IMG/VR virus record: IMGVR_UViG_3300031088_000737 | Span: 32,001-96,000 of that record | From: a virus | DNA length: 64,000 nucleotides | Direction: 5' to 3' (one strand) | In this document: positions 43,415-49,687 of the stretch, in pieces | Layout of the letters: each line of letters begins with the position of its first letter | How positions within the stretch are numbered: the stretch's first letter is position 1 | The notes under the pieces: generated by a model | Database searches by the model: none | The model's input: only the letters and a program-made list of their open reading frames with translations | Told to the model about the DNA's origin: nothing | Made by a program: the position numbers and the translations under genes

Positions 43415-44038
43415 TTAAGGTTGAGATCTGAGTGATCCAGTTTTTGCTGGTCGTTGAATTTTAACTTGATTGTGCTCTGGGTCAAGTGCTGCTTTTTCAG
43501 CCATTTCCTCCTTTTGTTTTTTCAACATAAAGATAAAGCTTTTAAATTTAGGGGATTCTAATACTGCAGAGAGTTCACTTTTAATTTCAACAACACTTTT
43601 ATCCAGCATGGTGTTATCCACATTACCAAAATCTTCAACAGCTTGACCATCATTTCCTGCTTTCTTCATGTAGTCTTCAACACGTTCTTTGTAAGGGCGA
43701 AGATCGGATGTGAATGCAAACACTTTCTTTTTTTGTGCAGCAGCATAGCCCATTTCAAAGGCTGTACCCACATCAGTCGATGGGCCACGGAAAGGTGACA
43801 TGTTAACAATAAACAAATCAGCAGAATCCATCAAATTAGTATTCTTTTCATAGATTTCTTGGGATATCTGACTTGGCGTGTTATCAGTAGATACTTCATT
43901 ATCCAATGGAATTAAAGCAACGATACCATGCTTTTCACATAATAGTCTGGTCACTTCTGCATTTATTTTTGCGTCAGGGTGAAAGACATCAGGGCCAGCC
44001 ATATACGCTTTAATTACAATTTCATTCTTACTAGTCAT
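43415..44038 (-). CDS. Nucleoside 2-deoxyribosyltransferase family protein
   Basis: YMAGPDVFHPDA, PFRGPSTDVGTAFEMGYA. Confidence 0.9.
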   Translation of the reverse strand: MTSKNEIVIKAYMAGPDVFHPDAKINAEVTRLLCEKHGIVALIPLDNEVSTDNTPSQISQEIYEKNTNLMDSADLFIVNMSPFRGPSTDVGTAFEMGYAAAQKKKVFAFTSDLRPYKERVEDYMKKAGNDGQAVEDFGNVDNTMLDKSVVEIKSELSAVLESPKFKSFIFMLKKQKEEMAEKAALDPEHNQVKIQRPAKTGSLRSQP

Positions 44039-44194
44039 TTAATCCTCATTATATTCTATTGGTCAACTATATTATTATAATACAAAAGAGATAATTATAC
44101 AATCTTTTATTTTGATAATATTAATAAAGCAATATTAGTATACTTGCTGTTTTGAGCTTTTTTTAGTATAATTGAAATTATAAAAAAGGTATTA

Positions 44195-44836
44195 TTGATG
44201 AGAAATAACGAAAAACACTATAACATAAATAAATTATTTAAATTCGATGAACAATTATTAGAAGATTTTTCAAAAGAATCTGCGATTCCACTGGTCAAAC
44301 CCATTGGTATCTTTCATCTTGCGATTAAATTAAAAGAAGACGAATCTCCTTGTGTTGATGGTATTGGTTATCCCGCTCTCATTTGTCGCTATATCTTGAA
44401 AGATTATATGAAAGAAGATTATGACTTTTATTTACAAAATATTTTCGCTAAAATGAAACGTTATGGTAATTATATTAATGTCCAGTTTCAAAGACAAATA
44501 AAAAAAACAATAAGTATTACCTTATCTGATAATTATACTTCAATTAAGGATATTACCTCAATTAGTTTTGATTATGATATACACTTGCGTGATAAAAAAC
44601 ATCTCTATCCAGACGCCACAGTGACCATCGTTTTTAAAGGCGAATCAATCTATGAGTTCAGTATGGATGAAAATAATGAACCACACATTAAAATGGTTGT
44701 TAACTATAATGATTTAGATGGTTTCTTCGTTAAATTTATGGAAGCTTATAAAAATAAGTTTGCACGAAAAATAGGTGTACATCGATCAACAAATACTAGT
44801 CAACTTAAAACGTTGGTTGATATAGTTCTTTTTTAA
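44195..44836 (+). CDS. Hypothetical protein (M-4 family), paralog of 44901..45557
   Basis: Shared YMKEDYD, FxGESxY, NYNDLxGFF; ends LVDIVLF. Start may be ATG 44198. Confidence 0.75.
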   Translation: MMRNNEKHYNINKLFKFDEQLLEDFSKESAIPLVKPIGIFHLAIKLKEDESPCVDGIGYPALICRYILKDYMKEDYDFYLQNIFAKMKRYGNYINVQFQRQIKKTISITLSDNYTSIKDITSISFDYDIHLRDKKHLYPDATVTIVFKGESIYEFSMDENNEPHIKMVVNYNDLDGFFVKFMEAYKNKFARKIGVHRSTNTSQLKTLVDIVLF

Positions 44837-44900
44837 ACAAAAGCTTGTTTTTATGATATTTGTTTGTATAATTATTAGTCTACTATAAGGCGATATTACA

Positions 44901-45557
44901 ATGAAAAATGATGTAGATAATTTTTTAAATGTTGATGATTCTCTTTTAAAAGTAATAGAAGATGAAGTATCTCTTATGATTATTGGTACCCATGATGGTT
45001 GTTCTATTTTTAATATTCAACCAATGAATCATTCACGTTTAGAAATCAAATTACAGGAAAACCAAAAACCTTTTTTTTATTATATAGGCGATCCATCTAT
45101 TATATCTCGCTATATATTAACACAATACATGAAAGAAGATTATGATGTATTTTTACAATCTATTTTTCATAAAATTAAAAACTATGGCAAGTTTCTGAAT
45201 ATTGATTTTAATAGCTTCACAAAAATAAACATGAATATTACGTTAGCTAATGATTATCAATCTATTAAAGATATTATATCTGTATGTTTAGTCTATAGAA
45301 TCCTGATCAGAACACATCAATATTATGCCATACATACAGAGCTTACTATTGTATTCGAAGGCGAGTCTCTTTACGATTTTAATTTTACGCAGGGTGATTA
45401 TGCAACACTTAAAATGGTTATTAACTATAACGACTTAAATGGATTTTTTCTTAAATTTGGTGAGGTATATAGAACTGATATTGCAAAAAAATTAGAATTA
45501 CCCGTTTCAACAGACATGAATCAAATGCTCATATTAGCTGAAATGTCGGTAATTTAG
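44901..45557 (+). CDS. Hypothetical protein (M-4 family)
   Basis: Ends MLILAEMSVI. Confidence 0.75.
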   Translation: MKNDVDNFLNVDDSLLKVIEDEVSLMIIGTHDGCSIFNIQPMNHSRLEIKLQENQKPFFYYIGDPSIISRYILTQYMKEDYDVFLQSIFHKIKNYGKFLNIDFNSFTKINMNITLANDYQSIKDIISVCLVYRILIRTHQYYAIHTELTIVFEGESLYDFNFTQGDYATLKMVINYNDLNGFFLKFGEVYRTDIAKKLELPVSTDMNQMLILAEMSVI

Positions 45558-45613
45558 TTCAGTTTGTAATTTTAAAGATAAAAAAACCGTAAGTGAATAC
45601 GGTTTATTTTATT

Positions 45614-45697
45614 TGGTGCGGAAAGTGGGACTCGAACCCACACGCCTCTCGGCACTGGCTTCTAAGACCAGCGTGTCTACCATTCCACCATTTCCGC
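45614..45697 (-). tRNA. tRNA-Leu(UAG)
   Basis: GCGGAAA/TTTCCGC-A-CCA; loop CT TAG AA; long variable arm. Confidence 0.95.
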
Positions 45698-45704
45698 ATA
45701 GACA

Positions 45705-46049
45705 TTAATATTTCTTTTCAATATAATTTAAATCAACATTTTCAAAGATAAAATCTATATTATTATTTTTGCAACAGGTTATCAAATCTTGATAGTCTTC
45801 AAAATCATTGGCATCATAATCAGGAATACTATCTTCATGTTCATATAAATCAATTAAACTGTAACTCAACTCAGTTTCATCAACACCAGCAATATCGGAC
45901 CATTCTTTTCGAATAGAACGTTTAAAGACATAATCAGTAAAATCTTCTTTATGTGGCTCTGCAACCAGTTCGCCATCAAGGAAGATATTCCAATAACGAT
46001 TGTCATACAAATTAACGATAACAATTTTACCTTTCACTGAGTTTGTCAT
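45705..46049 (-). CDS. Small acidic hypothetical protein inside the tRNA operon
   Basis: Start moved to MTNSVKG; the track extension runs into a tRNA gene. Confidence 0.65.
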   Translation of the reverse strand: MTNSVKGKIVIVNLYDNRYWNIFLDGELVAEPHKEDFTDYVFKRSIRKEWSDIAGVDETELSYSLIDLYEHEDSIPDYDANDFEDYQDLITCCKNNNIDFIFENVDLNYIEKKY

Positions 46050-46084
46050 GTTTAAATACCTTTGTAAGAAATAAAACATAAAGT

Positions 46085-46168
46085 TGGTGCCCGAAGACGG
46101 ACTCGAACCGTCACTCCCGAAGGAAGGGGATTTTAAGTCCCCCGCGTCTACCATTTCGCCATTCGGGC
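46085..46168 (-). tRNA. tRNA-Leu(UAA)
   Basis: GCCCGAA/TTCGGGC-A-CCA; GGGGA CT TAA AA TCCCC. Confidence 0.95.
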
Positions 46169-46178
46169 ATAAAAAAGT

Positions 46179-46274
46179 AATTCAATATTTTAGAATGCAT
46201 TTCAGCAAACGTGTCTACCACTCCACCACCCCGTGCAAACACGAGAAAAGGATTCGAACCTTCGATATTGAATT
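46179..46274 (-). ncRNA. Circularly permuted tRNA-like RNA (T arm, loop-closed acceptor stem, D arm)
   Basis: AATTCAATAT/ATATTGAATT outer stem; GAAGG TTCGAAT CCTTT; TCTCGTG-TTTG-CACGGGG; TG GTG GAGTGGTAGA CAC. Confidence 0.75.
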
Positions 46275-46279
46275 AAATC

Positions 46280-46364
46280 TGGTCCCCGGAGCCGGACTCG
46301 AACCGGCACGCCTTTCGGCGGGAGATTTTAAGTCTCCTGTGTCTACCAATTCCACCATCCGGGG
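46280..46364 (-). tRNA. tRNA-Leu(UAA)
   Basis: CCCCGGA/TCCGGGG-A-CCA; GGAGA CT TAA AA TCTCC. Confidence 0.95.
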
Positions 46365-46382
46365 ATAAACACATGTACAATC

Positions 46383-46468
46383 TGGTACCCGAAGTCGGAC
46401 TCGAACCGACACGCTTTTCAGCGGGAGATTTTGAATCTCCTGTGTACTACCAATTTCACCATTCGGGC
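46383..46468 (-). tRNA. tRNA-Leu(CAA)
   Basis: GCCCGAA/TTCGGGT-A-CCA; GGAGA TT CAA AA TCTCC. Confidence 0.93.
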
Positions 46469-46479
46469 ATATCTAAATC

Positions 46480-46564
46480 TGGTACGGAAGATGGGACTCG
46501 AACCCACACGCCTCGCGGCACTGGTTTCTGAAACCAGCATGTGCTACCATTTCATCACTTCCGC
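46480..46564 (-). tRNA. tRNA-Leu(CAG)
   Basis: GCGGAAG/CTTCCGT-A-CCA; CTGGT TT CAG AA ACCAG. Confidence 0.93.
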
Positions 46565-46578
46565 ATTAACTCATAATT

Positions 46579-46664
46579 TGGTACCCGAAGTCGGACTCGA
46601 ACCGACACGCCTTTCAGCGGGAGATTTTAAGTCTCCTGTGTACTACCAATTTCACCATTCTGGC
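46579..46664 (-). tRNA. tRNA-Leu(UAA) with one acceptor-stem mismatch
   Basis: GCCAGAA/TTCGGGT-A-CCA (A4:G69 mismatch); GGAGA CT TAA AA TCTCC. Confidence 0.88.
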
Positions 46665-46675
46665 ATATCTAAATT

Positions 46676-46759
46676 TGGTGCGTTAGGTGAGACTCGAACT
46701 CACAATCCTTTCGGCACTGGCTTCTTAGACCAGCGTGTATACCATTCCACCACTAACGC
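46676..46759 (-). tRNA. tRNA-Leu(AAG)
   Basis: GCGTTAG/CTAACGC-A-CCA; CTGGT CT AAG AA GCCAG. Confidence 0.93.
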
Positions 46760-46768
46760 ATGATTTGT

Positions 46769-46915
46769 CGCTTAAAGTAGGAGTCGAACCTACAAGTCAT
46801 GGACTCAATGTCCATCGCGTCTACCGTTCCGCCATATTAGTAAGATACTAATAACAGGATTCGAACCTGTAATGACAGGGCTATCACCCTATGTCTACCA
46901 TTCCATCATTTAAGC
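46769..46915 (-). ncRNA. Fused double-cloverleaf tRNA-like RNA with swapped acceptor strands
   Basis: Outer GCTTAAA/TTTAAGC; internal TATTAGT-ATCTT-ACTAATA; two D arms, two T arms, two non-canonical anticodon arms. Confidence 0.75.
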
Positions 46916-46919
46916 AATC

Positions 46920-47003
46920 TGGTGCGGAAGGTGGGACTCGAACCCACACGTCTCTCGACACTGGCTTCTAAGGCCAGCACGTCTACCATTTCATCACTTC
47001 CGC
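46920..47003 (-). tRNA. tRNA-Leu(UAG)
   Basis: GCGGAAG/CTTCCGC-A-CCA; CTGGC CT TAG AA GCCAG. Confidence 0.95.
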
Positions 47004-47025
47004 GTGATATTTCTTTACATCAATT

Positions 47026-47109
47026 TGGTGCCCCGAGGGAGACTCGAACTCCCACTCCTTTCGGAAACGGATTTTGAATCCGCCGCGTCTACCATTCCGC
47101 CATCGGGGC
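47026..47109 (-). tRNA. tRNA-Leu(CAA)
   Basis: GCCCCGA/TCGGGGC-A-CCA; GCGGA TT CAA AA TCCGT. Confidence 0.95.
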
Positions 47110-47141
47110 TTATGTTGTAGCTACATATCTTACTATAAATC

Positions 47142-47225
47142 TGGTGCGATTGGAGAGACTTGAACTCTCAATCCTTGCGGCATTGGCTTCTTAGACCAAC
47201 GTGTATACCATTCCACCACAATCGC
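47142..47225 (-). tRNA. tRNA-Leu(AAG)
   Basis: GCGATTG/CAATCGC-A-CCA; TTGGT CT AAG AA GCCAA. Confidence 0.93.
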
Positions 47226-47232
47226 ATATCTT

Positions 47233-47316
47233 AATGAGTAAAGGGACTCGAACCCTTACGCCTTTATGGGGCATGTCTAAGCGAAGACATTATGGCTACC
47301 ATTACATCATACTCAT
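47233..47316 (-). ncRNA. Leu-type tRNA body with 8-nt anticodon loop and no encoded CCA
   Basis: ATGAGTA/TACTCAT; ATGTC TTCGCTTA GACAT; variable arm GCC..GGC; AAGGG TTCGAGT CCCTT. Confidence 0.7.
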
Positions 47317-47318
47317 CA

Positions 47319-47399
47319 GGGGTTTGACTTTGATAATAGTGAGTTACAAGCTAATAATTACTATGTTTCAAAGTTTCCAGTGGGAACCGGAGCAACCCA
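47319..47399 (-). ncRNA. Candidate structured RNA in the array spacer
   Basis: GGGTT/AACCC closing stem; TCCGG TTCCCA CTGGA hairpin (G-U favours minus strand); ACTTTGA/TCAAAGT and ATAGT/ACTAT stems. Confidence 0.4.
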
Positions 47400-47415
47400 A
47401 TTTTAAATCTTTATT

Positions 47416-47500
47416 TGGTGCGGAAGGTGAGACTTGAACTCACAATCATTATAGAAACTGTGTTTGAGACAGTCGCGTTTACCAGTTTCGCCACATCCGC
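47416..47500 (-). tRNA. tRNA-Leu(CAA)
   Basis: GCGGATG/CTTCCGC-A-CCA (one U-U pair); ACTGT CT CAA AC ACAGT. Confidence 0.9.
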
Positions 47501-47552
47501 ATATTTATTTCTTTAAGAGTGTTTGTTTGTTTCCTCACTCTTCATGTTTACT

Positions 47553-47581
47553 ATCTTACCAACTCTTTTCTTCTTTGTCAA
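47553..47581 (-). promoter_or_regulatory. Proximal sigma70 promoter (P2) of the tRNA array
   Basis: TTGACA-17-TAAGAT with AT-rich upstream region. Confidence 0.75.
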
Positions 47582-47671
47582 CAACTATTTTAAATTATTT
47601 TAAAATATTTTCCTTTTAAATCAATGATTTACGTTGTTTATAGTTGTAGTTAACCCTAGACATTCGCCCAT

Positions 47672-47693
47672 AAAAAAAGACCCTTTTGGGGTC
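47672..47693 (-). terminator. Attenuator terminator
   Basis: GACCC-CAAAA-GGGTC-TTTTTTT; its 5' GAC overlaps the antiterminator strand GCATCTGGAC. Confidence 0.8.
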
Positions 47694-47776
47694 CAGATGC
47701 GAAATGAGGCGAGTTTTTATATTCGAGGTCATCTGCATCTGGACAATCTAATTGTCCAAAATGCAGACAAATAGAT
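47691..47776 (-). promoter_or_regulatory. Mutually exclusive attenuator hairpins (protector, anti-antiterminator, antiterminator)
   Basis: ATCTATTTGTC/GACAATTAGAT; TCTGCATTTTGGACAAT/ATTGTCCAGATGCAGA; GTCCAGATGC/GCATCTGGAC. Confidence 0.75.
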
Positions 47777-47777
47777 G

Positions 47778-47840
47778 CTAGCCCAAGCTAAGTAATAGTG
47801 AGCTTAAGAGTAGCAGTGATAATCGAATAGTTGTGAACAT
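47778..47840 (-). CDS. Leucine leader peptide MFTTIRLSLLLLSSLLLSLG
   Basis: GAGGA SD; 9 Leu codons (TTA x3, CTA x2, CTG, CTC, CTT, TTG); missed by the ORF track. Confidence 0.8.
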   Translation of the reverse strand: MFTTIRLSLLLLSSLLLSLG

Positions 47841-47864
47841 AATTTCGTCCTCGTTAATTCTTAT

Positions 47865-47893
47865 ATTTTATCAAAGGTTCGTTTCAAAGTCAA
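47865..47893 (-). promoter_or_regulatory. sigma70 promoter (P1) of the Leu leader
   Basis: TTGACT-17-TAAAAT with extended -10 TG; back-to-back with a divergent TTGACT..TAAGAT promoter. Confidence 0.8.
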
Positions 47894-47967
47894 ATGATTT
47901 CGTGCTCATTGACTTTGATTTCAATCACTATAAGATAATAGAAATGTTAATATAATGGAGATGGTGC

Positions 47968-48681
47968 ATGACCAAAGAGACAGATATACTTAAGCTCTAC
48001 GAAAAAATTCTAAAACACTCACCTTATTCAAAAGCTAATGATGTTGTTCGTATAGAAGCCAATACTTATCCATCTCAATCAGTGGAGCAATACCTTATCA
48101 AATCAACCAGTAGTGATGAAACTCTGTTAAATGCCATCATGATACCCACTGGCATACACACTAGTCAGTATTTGTTAAATTTAAATTTTGAAGGCGTTAC
48201 TAATGTTAACAATATTAATAAATGGTTAGGTAAAATTCATTTTAATCATGTGGTTGATATTATTAATAGCTATGCTCTGACTGGATTATCTGTTGGACTT
48301 ATTAAGGATATCAGTTATCCAGCAAAAATATCGTTGTCGTGGTTTTATCAACACCAAGAGGTTTATCAATCCTTTGGAGCCTACTATCATTCTATTTATC
48401 CTGATTATAACAAACGTGTCGCTAAGGTTTCTTTTATTGATTTGACCACTGGTTTGGAAACACGTCCTTTAAAATTGACGGCTAATCTAGAACTCTTAAT
48501 TGTCGATGAAGTCTTAACACCGACCGTTGTGTTATCTGTTCCTTTTGTTAAGACCAAGAATAGAAAAGAATTGCGTATCAATCTCAATGAACCTTTGGAT
48601 CTTGCTGTTTACATATCATTGTTTAAAAATGAATTTCAGTCCTTGCTTGATGCCAAAGTAAAGAAAACAAAAAAGAAATAA
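47968..48681 (+). CDS. Hypothetical protein
   Basis: 237-aa ORF, GGAG SD, Lys-rich tail. Confidence 0.75.
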   Translation: MTKETDILKLYEKILKHSPYSKANDVVRIEANTYPSQSVEQYLIKSTSSDETLLNAIMIPTGIHTSQYLLNLNFEGVTNVNNINKWLGKIHFNHVVDIINSYALTGLSVGLIKDISYPAKISLSWFYQHQEVYQSFGAYYHSIYPDYNKRVAKVSFIDLTTGLETRPLKLTANLELLIVDEVLTPTVVLSVPFVKTKNRKELRINLNEPLDLAVYISLFKNEFQSLLDAKVKKTKKK

Positions 48682-48744
48682 ATGAGACAACAAAAAACCT
48701 ACATTGATAGTAGGTTTTAAGTATTGTATAGCTTGTAGATGTCA

Positions 48745-49548
48745 TCATGGACAGTTTTGGCAGATAGGGCAGTAATAGGTGCCACGACCACCTTGTTTGA
48801 TTCTGGTCACTGCATGACCTAATGAATCTTCTTTCTTACCATACACATGAAAATTATCTTGAAAGCTCCCTTCTTGGTCAAAAGCGTCACGGTAATCGGA
48901 AATAGAGGAACCACCTGCTATAATAGACTTGTTCAAAATGTCTTTAGTTTCCTTTACCAACATCTCTGATTGCTTCTGGGTTAAATCCATTGCTTTTGAA
49001 TATGGACTTATGCCACAGATATACATGAGTTCAATCACATAGATATTACCAAGCCCCACTACATACTTTTGATCCAGTAAAAACTGCTTGATGTTCTTTC
49101 TATTGTTTCTTGATAAGGAATAAAGATAATCCCCTGTAAAAGCGTCAGTTAAAGGCTCTATACCCAGATGCTTTATAAATTTGTTATCATTGGGTATGTT
49201 TTCATAAGTAATGAAACCAAATTTACGAATGTCATTGTAGACCAGATAGGAACCATCTTCAAACTGTATTGCTACTCGATTAAATTTGTCATCAATCTTT
49301 TCTGGCTGAATAAGAAACTTTCCTGTCATGCCTAGGTGAGCAACAAGGGAACCTTTGTCCAGATTGAAAATAATGCATTTAGCTCGACGTTCGACATTCT
49401 TAATAGTTCGACCATCTAACAATTTTCCTAAATTTGCTTGAACAGGTTCACGTAACTTATTGTCATAGACTTCAACGTTTTTTATTTTTTTGTTTCCTAT
49501 ACTGGCGAGCGAGTTGACCACACATTGTACTTCTGGTAATTCTGGCAT
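48745..49548 (-). CDS. mutM: Formamidopyrimidine-DNA glycosylase
   Basis: N-terminal PELPEV, HLGMTG, YNDIRKFG, LGIEPL, GLGNIY, C-terminal YYCPICQ (the first zinc-finger Cys pair is absent). Confidence 0.92.
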   Translation of the reverse strand: MPELPEVQCVVNSLASIGNKKIKNVEVYDNKLREPVQANLGKLLDGRTIKNVERRAKCIIFNLDKGSLVAHLGMTGKFLIQPEKIDDKFNRVAIQFEDGSYLVYNDIRKFGFITYENIPNDNKFIKHLGIEPLTDAFTGDYLYSLSRNNRKNIKQFLLDQKYVVGLGNIYVIELMYICGISPYSKAMDLTQKQSEMLVKETKDILNKSIIAGGSSISDYRDAFDQEGSFQDNFHVYGKKEDSLGHAVTRIKQGGRGTYYCPICQNCP

Positions 49549-49687
49549 TTGGATTCTCCTTTATTGGCAAAATTAATAGTATGATTGTCTCACAAAAAAT
49601 AATAAATTCAATAAAATTCTTTAATAAAGGATTCTTTATTTTTTAAAGATAATATGTTATAATGTTTATACAATAAAAGAAAAAATC

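Noticed and set aside
46179-46915. Calling the odd tRNA-like segments decayed pseudogenes or a two-piece tmRNA
   Set aside because: The helices are perfect once permuted pairing is allowed; there is no tag reading frame, pseudoknot region or Ala G3:U70 acceptor, so tmRNA is unsupported.
46084-47437. ORF-track peptides across the tRNA array (46084..46368, 46215..46412, 46431..46763, 47201..47437)
   Set aside because: They are translations of tRNA genes or their antisense (repeated GLEP, GDFKSP); no SD or coding signal.
45614-47500. CRISPR-like periodic repeats (ggactcgaacc)
   Set aside because: These are T-arm sequences of tandem tRNAs; no cas genes and no constant repeat-spacer pattern.
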